A stretch of DNA of 64,000 bases. Origin: Octopus vulgaris (lineage: Eukaryota). This document shows, piece after piece, positions 1 to 11,560 of the stretch (positions are counted from its first letter, which is position 1; each line of letters opens with the position of its first letter). A model generated the notes under the pieces. That model saw nothing but the letters and a program-made list of their open reading frames with translations. It ran no database searches and was not told the origin of the DNA. Location of the stretch: positions 60,202,001 to 60,266,000 of the forward strand of contig OX597821.1 of NCBI GenBank assembly GCA_951406725.2. Reading direction: 5' to 3'. The translations under genes and the position numbers were made by a program.

Positions 1-159
1 CAACAAATCGCATAGGCATCTATCTATGACTGGAAGCATCAACAGACAGGCTTTCACTTTGGAAGACGAAAAAAAGCTAATCGCCATTTTGAGAACGAAA
101 ACTGTTTTTATCAAGTGACTCTTATTTTTCTTTTCTCTCCTATTTTGTTATTATTTCAA

Positions 160-182
160 TAATTACCTTTACTTTTTTTAGG
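160..182 (+). promoter_or_regulatory. Candidate 3' splice acceptor for the exon carrying the PNRC leader and CDS
   Basis: Long pyrimidine tract 121-179 ending in ...actttttttag|gtc. Confidence 0.4.
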
Positions 183-473
183 TCTTGTAGTTATATTTTT
201 CTTATTTCAAGAAATCAACTTCTAAATTTTAATTTGGTTTAATGTTTTTTTTTTTGTTAAGAGTAACTTCGCTTTCACTAAATCTTGACTATTTTTAATT
301 TTTGTAATTATTTCTCAAGTAGATTAATATTAAGCTATCAGAAATATAACTCTTTATTTTTACGACAAAAAAAAACAGAAAGAAAAGAAAACAAAGCTAA
401 GTTATAATTTTTTATATGTAAAGTAAAAATAGAAATTTTTAAAAATATTTAAATCCTATTTAACTGTAAAGAG

Positions 474-608
474 GTGAAGAAGAAGAAGAAGAAAAAGCTC
501 GTTGAACTGGTTTTATTATCAAACAGCCATAATAAGTGCGTGTATTTTTATCTGCTACCATCAGACCAGAGTCGAGTGCTTGCAGTGGTGTACGTGTTTA
601 GAAGCTAG
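474..608 (+). other. Candidate non-AUG (GTG) upstream ORF, 44 aa, in the PNRC leader
   Basis: Frame open from 453 to TAG 606-608: VKKKKKKKLVELVLLSNSHNKCVYFYLLPSDQSRVLAVVYVFRS*. The sequence is more complex than the flanking A/T runs. No AUG; it could also be entered by splicing. Confidence 0.4.
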
Positions 609-643
609 CAGCTAAAAACAACAACATTAACAGAGCAGTAGCA

Positions 644-922
644 GTGAGTGAAGCTAAGCTCGCCAGCATCTGGAACAAATCTAGTCTGCTGCTGTTTATT
701 ATTATTATATGCTTTACCTGTGTATGTTTACACAAACCTGCTGCCAGTCACTTTAACTTTCGCCAGGCGATTAGCTCAACAACGAAAGTAAAGCACTTTT
801 CACCTTCGAATTTAATGAACACCATTTTGATTCTTGCAAATAGCAGCAGCAACAACAACAACAATAATACTACAAATATTAATAACCAAAGAAAACCTGC
901 AGCAAAGATTTTTGACCTATGA
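644..922 (+). other. Upstream ORF (GTG 644 or ATG 815) whose TGA overlaps the PNRC ATG (ATGA)
   Basis: gacctATGActt at 914-925: PNRC ATG at 919-921, uORF TGA at 920-922, in-frame ATG at 815. Confidence 0.45.
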
Positions 923-1863
923 CTTTCCCCAAAATGAAGAAAATTGGAACGGGTGCTTCAGGACAAGTGCGGCTGCAACGCCAATCCATGGCAGGTACAA
1001 CAAAGAGAGCCTATCAACATCATCACCATCACCAACAACAGCAGCAGCAGCAGCACTCTTTTAATAAGAATGGACCAGCCATCTCTTCTGACAACAGCTT
1101 TGCGTTATCTACGCCATCGATGAATCGGGTGGCGCAGCAGCAGCAACAACAACATCAACTGCAGCAGCAGCACTTGCAGCAGTTAATTCAAAAGCTGCAG
1201 TCGAACAACAACAATAATTCAAACAATATGGCTGTGTTGCCACAAATGTATTATTCGTCCTATACACAGCAGCAGCATCAACACCAGCAACTGCAAACAC
1301 CACACTTTAATAACAACCAACAACGTCGGCACAACAGTAGCAGTATTACTACTGCAACCACCACCACCTCTACTAATAATAATAATCAGCAGCTCCGCAG
1401 CTTACTCACACACGAAGGAGACATTCCGTCCTTGGCCTCTACTACAACCACTAATAATAATACCAGTCAAGTGTCATCTAAAGCGGACACAGCTCCCTCT
1501 AGTGCTGTTCCGGGTAATGCCTATGCAGCGGCCAAATTCAGTGACCCTCCTTCACCCAAAGTGCTTCCGAAACCGCCTGTTCATTGGACTACAACGACAA
1601 AGACCACAGTTCCTTTCAATAGTGACGACATGGCATTATCGTTTCAAGCAGCGATGGCAGCTGCCAGTGCAGCAGCATCGAAGAGCCACATCCCCATGGG
1701 TAACAACAACAACATCAGCATCAATAATGTTGGTAGTAATATCAGTTGTGCTAGTGATGCCAGACTGCCCTTCCCTGCTGCCCCTCCTCCTTACTGTTCC
1801 AGTTCTGCTGATAACATCACCAGTCATTTGAGGATGATGCTCAAGTTAACAGTTCAGGCGTAA
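919..1863 (+). CDS. PNRC: Proline-rich nuclear receptor coactivator (PNRC1/PNRC2 family), 314 aa, intronless CDS, Q/N/H/T low-complexity N-terminal two thirds
   Basis: Contains YAAAKFSDPPSPKVLPKPPVHW, matching the PNRC signature YAGAKFS(D/E)PPSPSVLPKPPSHW, and a C-terminal HLRMMLKLTVQA* matching the PNRC NR-box-like end (HLKTLLKVQ). In-frame TGA at 913 fixes the start at 919 or later. Confidence 0.92.
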   Translation: MTFPKMKKIGTGASGQVRLQRQSMAGTTKRAYQHHHHHQQQQQQQHSFNKNGPAISSDNSFALSTPSMNRVAQQQQQQHQLQQQHLQQLIQKLQSNNNNNSNNMAVLPQMYYSSYTQQQHQHQQLQTPHFNNNQQRRHNSSSITTATTTTSTNNNNQQLRSLLTHEGDIPSLASTTTTNNNTSQVSSKADTAPSSAVPGNAYAAAKFSDPPSPKVLPKPPVHWTTTTKTTVPFNSDDMALSFQAAMAAASAAASKSHIPMGNNNNISINNVGSNISCASDARLPFPAAPPPYCSSSADNITSHLRMMLKLTVQA

Positions 1864-2639
1864 GACAGACACAGACAGATAGACAGATCGTGGCATATCT
1901 GGACTCCCTCATGAAATATAAAAAATAACCAAAAAAATACGACAAAAATATATACAGAACGAATCAGGAAATAAGAATAATAATATAAGATGATTAAAAA
2001 ATGACGAACGAAACGAATAAGTTAAAACTATTTAAAAACAGAAAATGAAAATCGTCTGGGTGGGGGGTTTATCAAAATGTGAATCAAGAGAACCACTTCC
2101 GAACAGTTCTTTAAAAAAAATCTGTGTTATCTGATCGGCGAACATTCCAAATATTTTTATAATGATTATGGATCAGTATTAACGAAATGTGCTTTTTTTC
2201 AGTGAAGGTGCATTTTTTATTACTGATGAGATATAGATATAAATTGTATATATATATATATATAAAATATATATAAGTGTGTATATGTACATGCCACAAA
2301 ATCTGCCATATCAAACAATTCACTAGACCTTTCATACGTGTTTCCTCAACTCGTCCCATCTTCACCGCCACCCCTATCTCCTGCCCGCCTCCCCTACTTC
2401 AACACTACGCATGAAGGTGTCAAAAGGCAAAAAACCCACCTTTTTTTTTTTTTTTTTTTTGCGTATCCCCTGCCCCAATGGTCTTATACACCACCATCTA
2501 ATAACTGCCAAACGAACAGGTCGACATTTTTTTAAAATATATCTTTGATTCTATATTTATATATCTATATCTATATTGACAGATCATAGCTTATCGCTTC
2601 CATTCACACACACACACATACATGCTGATATGCATATAT

Positions 2640-3320
2640 ATGTATGAATATATATATATATATATATAACGCATTATATATACGAATATATATATAACGC
2701 ATTATATATACGAATATATATATAACGCATTATATATACGAATATATATAATGCATTTATATATATGAATGTATATATAATGCATTTATATATATAAATG
2801 TATGTACAATGCATTATATATATATGAATGTATGTACAATGCATTATATATATGAATGTATGTACAATGTATTATATATATATGAATGTATGTACAATGC
2901 ATTATATATATATATATATATATATGAATGTATGTACAATGCATTATATATATGAATGTATGTACAATGCATTATATATATGAATGTATGTACAATGTAT
3001 TATATATATATGAATGTATGTACAATGCATTATATATATATGAATGTATGTACAATGCATTATATATATGAATGTATGTACAATGCATTATATATATGAA
3101 TGTATGTACAATGCATTATATATATATGAATGTATGTACAATGCATTATATATATATATGAATGTATGTACAATGCATTATATATATATGAATGTATGCA
3201 CAATGCATTATATATATATGAATGTATGCACAATGCATTATATATATATGAATGTATGTACAATGCATTATATATATGAATGTATAATGCATTTATATAT
3301 GTGAATGTATATATAATGCA
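2640..3320. repeat. Minisatellite, ~28-34 bp unit (TA)n-GAATGTATGTACAATGCATTA
   Basis: About 20 tandem units with a variable (TA)n spacer. Confidence 0.95.
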
Positions 3321-4975
3321 TATACATATATGCTTATTTAGATAATCCATTATATACATATATATATATGCATTTATATACACAAACACATACACACACG
3401 TATATTCTACAGAGTGAGTTTCTAATTGCAACCAAAATCGTTTCTGAGAAGTCCAGTTGAGACTGCTTAAATTTTTCATTCGGATTTTGAACTCATCCTA
3501 TGTAAGAAAAATGTTTGAACAGTCGATGGAACTATATAAATAAGCTAACAAAAGCTATTAAATTGGCCAGTTTATTATATTTGATAATTATATATACTAA
3601 AATATTGCAAGGAGGGCGAGATGCAATGTCTTTGGCCAGACATTTGGCGATTATATTGAAATGCTATTTATATAGTTTAACTTCCCTGATAAACTGTCTC
3701 CAAAGACGTTTCTAGTGAGTTCTAAATTCGTTATTGATTTGTGCAACTTTAAAAGAAAAATTTAAGGAGTCTCTATGTTGGATTAACTTTTTTTTTTTTT
3801 CTTTTTAAATTCAAATACCACTAGATCTTGTTAAGATCTGATATCTGAAATGAACTCAAACTCTAAGCAGCTTTTTTCTCCCTTCAGGAATATCTAAACA
3901 AACTGCTGAAAAGAAGAAAACTTTTCGATTAAAAGATCTGTGAGGATAATGAATATACTAAATTTTGTATAGATCTCGATGTGATAAATAGCATGTTATT
4001 TTTACCCCATCCCTGATATTATTCCCTTGTTCATTCATTACATATCCACTGATGGATAGATATTCAAACTCCTTTGGCAGGCGACAGTGAAAATTGGAAC
4101 TAATGCATGTATATTTTGTGTGAAAGCATTTGCGTGCGTGTGTGTGTGTATATACATATGTATATATTTTTTTTTTTACGTGAAATTGTGTACATTGGGA
4201 GGGCCATTTTGCCAGTAAAAACACACCGGTTGTATTTCATTTTTTTTGTTATCATCAATTAACTTAGACGCTAATCAGATGTCTGATCAGTCAGTCAACC
4301 TGTTGTTTGTTAAGTCCTTCCATTTCAGTCTGTGACTATTTTAATAACTTGCCCTTGTCTGCTCTTTTTGTGACAGAAGAGGAACATATCAGAGCATGTC
4401 ATAGATAATGTTGCAAACTGCAATGAAAGAATTCTAATGGACCAACAAATCAATTAATCAAACAGTTAATTATCAGATATAAATAAAGAGAAGTGAAATA
4501 CAACCAGTACTTTTGTTTTTATAGGAAAAATGAATCTACTGACCCTCCTAAACTACAACATATGTAATATATATATATATCCTAGGGTTACCATGGACAT
4601 GGTTAAACCATATAGAATAAAATACTCAAAGTATTAATCAATTAGTGTGAACATGTTTTATTAAAACAATGAGTCCAGCAAAAGGTATTTTGTTTTGAGA
4701 ACATATCCAATGTATGAAACAAAATCTCTTGTTGGACTCGTCATTTTAATAATAAATGTACGCACGCACACACACACATATATATAAATTACATAAATGA
4801 AAGAAAGTGAGCACTGTGTACATATGAATGTATGTTTTGTGTATCTGGAGTAAAATAAGCAATTTGTGTATTTGCTGTATAAAATGTTGGGTTTGAAATC
4901 CTTTCTATTCACTGTCCATTTGAAGTTGATGAATTTAGACCAAGCTATATATTCCCAGGTATAGGCTTACACAAT

Positions 4976-4981
4976 AATAAA
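4976..4981 (+). terminator. Candidate PNRC polyadenylation signal (alternatives at 4482 and 4751)
   Basis: AATAAA followed by U-rich and GU-rich sequence at 4985-5050. Confidence 0.35.
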
Positions 4982-7900
4982 TTCATCTTTTTATTATTTT
5001 TTTTTAATCTGTGACTTTACTGTGATTCACACATTATTTTTTTGTAACAATGTTTAGGAGTGCTTTGATGAATCTGGAATTTGTTTTTCCGGAAATTAAA
5101 TTTTTTTTCATAGTTGAAAAATGCTTCAAACTATCACAGTTTAAAATCCCTTATAGTATTAGAATATACTTTACTTGTATTTTCTTGCTAGAAACATAGA
5201 ACTTTTTTTTTTTTTTACCTAAAAATGCTTGAAATTACTACAGTTTAAATCCTAATTAGTACAGTATATGCTATTTTGATTTTCTTTTCTTGCTTGAAAT
5301 AGATAGATACTTAGAACAATTTTTAAAATTGGAAGTCTTAACATTCTGACCTAATTAAAATTACTTATTCTACTAGGGGTATTTAGCTTTTCTATTATTA
5401 TATACAGTAAGGTGGTTATCAGTCTTTAGGGAATTAATCTCTGTGCACATTGCATCTCTTCCTGATATTTTTGTCTGAGTCATTTAGAAATAATCACTTT
5501 AACTACAATAAATACTATGTCTCAAAATATTACTGACAATATTTATGGGGAAGTGCAGGGCCTATTTATTTTCAAAGTCCTTTCAGTGTATCTTAGTTTG
5601 TTTTTTTTAAATTATGTAAACAAACATTTATAATTAGAAATTTAAAGTCTAAATTGAAGTTTAAACTTCTAACATTTGTGGAGGGTACATTTCAAAATGG
5701 CATGGTTTATTTACATTAAATTTTTATTAGCCAATTTAAGGACCTGTTTTCTGCCTTCTTTAATGCATTCTTATAGTATTTTATAAAAACTGAATTTCTT
5801 TTTTTTTTTTTCTTTCTCCCTCTAAAATCCAGATTCTCTTGGTTATGAATTCCTGTTGTAATCACTATAGTAAATTAATGTATTGAATCAAAGAATGTGG
5901 TTTCATATATAACAACATAAGAACTTTTCTTTAAACTGTTTAGGGTGCAAAAATGTAAACATTTTCATGGTAATTTAACTGATTTAATGTGACCAATTTG
6001 ATTTCACTAATTTTACTATCTGCTCTTAAATATTATAATTATTATATCTACATATCCACAAGGATGCTTTTTATTTTGGGGTCACTTTTATTTTTCTCTC
6101 TATCTCAAATTATATTTTATATAAATCACATTGTTAGGGAATATATTTCTATATTATTAGTCTGTTCCAACATTGTACTGAAATTGTAAGTGGTATATTT
6201 GATACCTGTGAACTGTTATATTTATATTGTGCCAGCTCTTTAAGTTACTTGAAGGTCTAAGAAAATTTGAAATTGACAGAATTCATAATTTAAATTTATA
6301 ATGGAATATTTAACAAGGTAGACAATCTAATTGCTTAAATTATACATTCTCAAATTGTTTTTTTTTTATTATTATTTGGAAAGAAATAATTTTTAATGTT
6401 TTGTTTATCTTCACATATTTTTATTTTATTTTAGTTTACATATTTAAACTGTAGACATGGACAAGTAAAGAGAAGTAAATATTTGCTTGGTTCACCATGC
6501 ATATTTTTCTCTTTGTTTTGTCCATCTATTTGCTAATATATGTACTTGACCATTTGATAGTTTGTAATATTTTCTCATTTATGCAAATGAAATATTTTAA
6601 TAATTAACTTCATTGGCAAGCATTTATTTTATTAAATTTTTGGAAAGTTAAATATTTGTGAAAATAATGCTACACAATGACCATGAATTTGTGGGCAAAA
6701 GATTCTGTCAATTTTTAATACCAAGTCTTCTCTGTTGGTAAAAAAATGTTAATAATACTTCTAAGTATTCCTTATATGATAAATAATTTGATTCTTATTC
6801 TGAGAATTCTTATAGATGCAAAATTGAAATACTCGTGATTTTGAAATAATGGGAAACAAGTTAATTTCACTTGAGATTATTTCCAGCAATATTGGGATTC
6901 TAAATAGTGGGCTTGCAGAAGCTGTCTGCTAATATTGTGTGATAGTTTAAATGTTGCTAACTGGTGATTGACTTGGAGTGCTTTCCTTAGGCCTTAGTGT
7001 TCTCTTGGCATGTCTCATTGTGTTATTGCAATGGCCATGCCAAGAATATAAACGTTGCTGAAACTAATGGATATGTTGTTGGTATATTAATATTGTTGGT
7101 ATTGTATGATTGATATTTGTTCATGTCATACCTGTTCATTTGGCAGTTTTCTTCACTCCTCTCCCACACCCTTTCCTGTCCCCTTCTGGTATTTTAATCA
7201 CAACTCCTGATCAAATTTGCATATCTGACCAAAAATGTCTGAGACTTGACAGTCCTTTCTTTTAAATTTTTTTTTTTTAAATTTTACAGAAAATTCTTAA
7301 GCATTGAACAAGGATAAAGACTTCTTTGATGCTGTGCAATATGTGAATAACTGTAATTTTTTGATAAAAATGTTTATTGTAAATTTTTATTTTTTACAAA
7401 CCCATTGTTTTTTTAGAGAAAACTCCGGAAAAAATATAAAAAAAAAAAAATTCCCTTTCCCAACTTCAGAAATATCTCGACATAACAGAAGATTGATTAG
7501 TGGTTTCATTCCACTATTTTCATAGACTTTTGGACTTTCACATTGTCAAGGGCCATTGGATTTTCATGTGAGCCATTTTTTTCTTTGTCCTTTTTTTTTT
7601 TTTTTTTCTGTAAATTTTCTCTTCAAATTTCTTGCAGAATTTTTTCTCTTGGCATGCTGTAACATCATTTTGCCAAGTTCTGAAACTAATGTCTCACATT
7701 GCAGACAAATGGTGGAATCTGATATGGCTGACTGATTCAACTGACGTATATCATCTCATCTTCTTCCATCGTATGACAGCAGCATTTCTAATGGACTAAC
7801 ATTTATCTGACAGCTCATCTGATCGCAGGACTACATGCCTTGCGGAATCATCATCAACACAGGCCCGTGCATCTGAGTGAGTTTTCTCTGACATCTTAAC

Positions 7901-8274
7901 AATCAAGGACAAGAGGAGTTTTCATCATACCAGCACCAGAAAAAGATACCAGTTGCCCCACCCCACCCACCCCTAAATTATAATGAAAGCCACTCACACC
8001 CACTCTCTGATATGCGAATCGTGTTGACTTCATTCTTTCACTTTTTTTTTTTTTTTTTCATTGTTTGTGTTGATAAATGCTAATATTCTGGAAGGGGAGG
8101 GGGGATTTGCTTTCCTGGAGATAATCTCTCAGCTTTTGCTATTCAAGTAGAATCCTTTGAAAGATGCTGGGCCAAACATAGTTTTCAACTTTATACTAGA
8201 GAGCTTGAAATGTATAAATAGGCTGGTTTATAATTATGAAAATACTGTTAAATAGTTCAGGAGGAATATAAGAT

Positions 8275-8445
8275 TAACATCATTATTTCTCTGTTTTCGA
8301 AGCTGACATGGGTTTGACAGGAGCTGGTAAACTGGAGGGCTGCTCAAGTCTGTCATCTGTTAGGCATAGTTTTCACAGCTGGATGCCCTTCCTAACATCA
8401 ACTATTTTATTGAATGTACTGGGTGCTTTTTACATGGCTCCAGCT
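8275..8445 (-). mobile_element. Short RTE-LINE 3'-end fragment
   Basis: gctggatgcccttcctaac motif and catcat tail shared with the 3' UTR of the LINE at 49113-51207. Confidence 0.75.
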
Positions 8446-8666
8446 ATATGCTATATTACTTCATAGGAAATTAGTCGAAAGTATAAATTGAAAATTAAAG
8501 TAGTATGAACGCCAGTAAAACAATTTACTTAGAATGTAATATAAAGAAAGAATAGTAAACAAAAGCAATCAAGGGTATGTGGAATAATTACTGGAATCTA
8601 GAGTTAGAAGTGGTGGCAAAATCTAAGAAACTGTTGAAAATATGTGGTCATTAAAGAAAGGGTAAG

Positions 8667-8935
8667 TGGAGGTGCATAGCTTAGTGGTTAAAGTGTTGGA
8701 CTTGTGAGAGTAGGTATATGGTTTCAATTCCTGGAACTGGGCAATGCATTGTGTTCTTGAGCAAAACACTTCTTTTCACATTGCTCCGGTCCATTCCACT
8801 GGTAAAAATGAGTAATTCTCTGATGGACAGTTTTTCTGTCCAAGGAGTGTTTGTGTCTGTGTGTGTGTATATATATATATATATATGTATACACACACAC
8901 CAGTGAAACCAGAAAACTGGCCCAACACTCATTAA
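8667..8935 (+). mobile_element. tRNA-headed SINE (family C-like), degenerate
   Basis: ggaggtgcatagcttagtggttaaag A-box and ggtttcaattcc B-box. Confidence 0.7.
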
Positions 8936-9129
8936 GAATCTTCTTGTAGACTGGTTATTGTGTTCACTTTGCATATGAAGAGACACCAATGCAAAGAATA
9001 TTTTGAAATAGGTTTAAAAGAATATTATGAAGAGGGCCAACTGGTTGGTATTGACTTGCAGCAAAAAAGATTGTCTAAAAGAAGATTAACAAGGATATAA
9101 CAGGTTGCTATTATGTATAATTTTAAATG

Positions 9130-9445
9130 TGTGGTTAAGAAGCTCTCTTTACCTGTGGTTTTGAGTTGACTAGGCCTACTATGCAGGATTTTAGGTAAGT
9201 GTTTTCTGTTTCTAGTCCAAAGTCAACTGATGACTTGCAGGTGAATTTAGATGACAAACTAACTGGAAGCCTTTTGTTTAGGTGTTTGGTTCCCTGCTGC
9301 TTGACAACTGGTGTTTACATTCATGTAGCTTAATTTGGCAAAAGCAATCTAGAATAAATACTAGACTTAAAAAAAAAAAAAAAATTCTAAGGTTGATTTA
9401 TTTAAACTCTTCAGGGTGGTGCCCCATCATGGCCAGTCCAGTTAT
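9130..9445 (+). mobile_element. SINE family A, degenerate
   Basis: Colinear similarity to the copies at 22893-23280 and 43843-44272. Confidence 0.65.
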
Positions 9446-9449
9446 TGAA

Positions 9450-9770
9450 ATATCATTTAATGTCCATGCTGGAATGTGTTGGATGGTTTGGCAGAGAGCT
9501 GTCCTGACTATTGTGGCATTTCTATGGCTGGATGCCCTTCCTAATGCCAACCACTTAGCAGTGTGTAGTGTTCTTTTTATGTGGCACTGGTACCTGAAAG
9601 GATAAGCCTGCATGTGTGGAAAACTGATTTTTCACTTAGCTTGACATGTCTTATCAAGTACAGCATATGACAAATCTGGTCCTTTGTCATTTCCTCAGTG
9701 AGGTTCAGCATCTGAAGATCCATTCTCTCCACATCTTCCCGGGTTTACCCTTTCACAGGTACCCTCCAAA
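9450..9770 (-). mobile_element. RTE-LINE 3'-end fragment
   Basis: ggctggatgcccttcctaatgccaaccac plus a degenerate version of the RTE ORF end. Confidence 0.7.
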
Positions 9771-11029
9771 CATCATAGGTTTAGATATTAAAATGACTAT
9801 AAAATTCCCAACTATGATCTGTTTCATAAGTTACATATGCAATCATCAGTGAAAAAAATAGTATTTTTATTTTACCTTTATATAAATATATTTTAATTAC
9901 CTGTTCCATGTAACTTGCAAGAGGGATGATGTAATTAGTGTTGATGCCAGTGGGCACAAGCAAAAGTACTCAATACAAATAAAATATAACCAATGCAAAT
10001 TTGTAGGCACATTTTAAGTTCTGTCATGGCACACCAAGCTTGAGTGTAAAGATCTGGAACTTGCTTGTTGCAAAGTATTTCAAAGGAAATTCTCTAAGTT
10101 GAAAATGGTACTATGCAGGAGGGAGTAGTGTGAGACTTGGATGATTGTGGTTGGTCTTATTTGGAATGGGTAGTGTGATGTTGGATACTACATGGTGGTG
10201 GTGGGGGGATTGATGAATCAAGGGAGATTACTGCAAAAGAATACACTTAATATTCATTTGCCTGTACTCAACTTCCTTAGTAGATTTCTTTGACTCATTT
10301 GCCCTACTGCCTCTCAGCCTGGCCTGTGCTCCAAGTTCCTCCTCTCTATTCCATACCTACAATCAGCAGCTGCCACTTGTGTCTCACTATCCTATCCGGG
10401 CAAGTTGGGTCATGTATTACTACTCAAGCTACTGTTCACAACTAATCAAAGGACACATTTTGGAATACATTGTGATGATCCATTAACTGCTGTTTGATAC
10501 TCTGTATGAGCAGCTTCATATTGCCCTCGTGGAGCAGATATTTCAGTTGAATTTTATATATACTATATATCTTATACTGAGTACTTTTTTCTTGTGTGCA
10601 TACATAGATGAAATAGCATAATTTTAACATTTGCTTTTTTAAGTATGGATTGGTTGGAGTTTGCTGCAGCAGATTTTCTATGACCGCATACCTTCCTATC
10701 ACCAATACTTGCACATTTCAAAATTAGAGAATAATATGACCAGATGTTTTCACTAAAGATTTGAAATGGACATGTTAAAGCAAAGAAACAGCAATGCATA
10801 TACCTACATATGTGTATGTCATATATTTAAAAGAGGCTGCTTTCAGTTTGTCTACCAAATTCACTCACAAAGCTTGCTTGATTCGGAGCTGTTGAAGGCA
10901 TTTGCTCAAGTGTCATTCAGCAGGGCTGAACCTGGAACCATATAGTTGGGAAGCAGACTTCCTTGAGCATCTGTTAATATGTATGTGTATATTATTTCTC
11001 CTTCCTAATCAGAAGATATTTCTTAAATG

Positions 11030-11560
11030 ACCATAAATCCTACCCACTCTTCCAGAAAAACCACTATGTTTGAAGTACATGTAAAACTTGTATAGTATAA
11101 TTAAGAGCTGATGCAAATAAAGACTATTGTATGCTGTACTGATGTGTCCATTGACAACACAGCTGTAGAACAACTTAGGGCTTGCAGCACAGTTTCTCAG
11201 TATCAGTCATCAGCACAACACCATTCCATCATCACCTGGAGAATAATACAGCACAGGGCTTGCAGCACAGTTTCTCAGTATCAGTCATCAGCACAACACC
11301 ATTCCATCATCACCTGGAGAATAATACAGCACTTTCAAAGTATTTATGGAATTTGAGAGATTACAAAAAACACTTAGGAACTCAAGGCAGTATTAAATCA
11401 CATATAGGAATGGATCAAAGTACTGTAATACCTATTTTAGATAAAAGATAAATTCTCCATGATTCACTTTGCCTGCTCCAATCTTGTATAATGAAACGAG
11501 TTGTTTTGCAAATTGTTTCCAACTAGCAGGCATATGCTATTTTCTCAGTGGTAAAAATAA
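11030..11560 (+). mobile_element. Penelope-like element relic (GIY-YIG endonuclease C-terminal region) with a 78-bp internal tandem duplication
   Basis: Translation ...HLENNTALSKYLWNLRD... resembles the T-x-LSKY(I/L)W-x-L(K/R) motif of PLE endonucleases. Perfect repeat 11177-11254 / 11255-11332. Confidence 0.55.

Noticed and set aside
834-1064. +1 frameshift from the uORF at CTA-TGA (antizyme/prfB-like)
   Set aside because: A +1 shift enters the 834-1064 frame, which does not encode the PNRC motifs. A -1 shift at the upstream T-run hits the TGA at 913.
1502-1831. 109-aa alternative-frame ORF within PNRC
   Set aside because: GTG start, no recognisable motif; explicable as a shadow of the real CDS.
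2640-3320. CRISPR-like regular repeat
   Set aside because: Units are head-to-tail with only (TA)n length variation, there are no unique spacers or cas genes, and the context is eukaryotic.
3044-3479. Repetitive ORFs (YIYMNVCTMH / IHSYIYNAL)
   Set aside because: Translations of the minisatellite; no coding signal.
7638-7880. Possible coding exon (acceptors at 7638/7704, donor at ~7876)
   Set aside because: Stops occur in all three plus-strand frames; it may still be conserved non-coding sequence.
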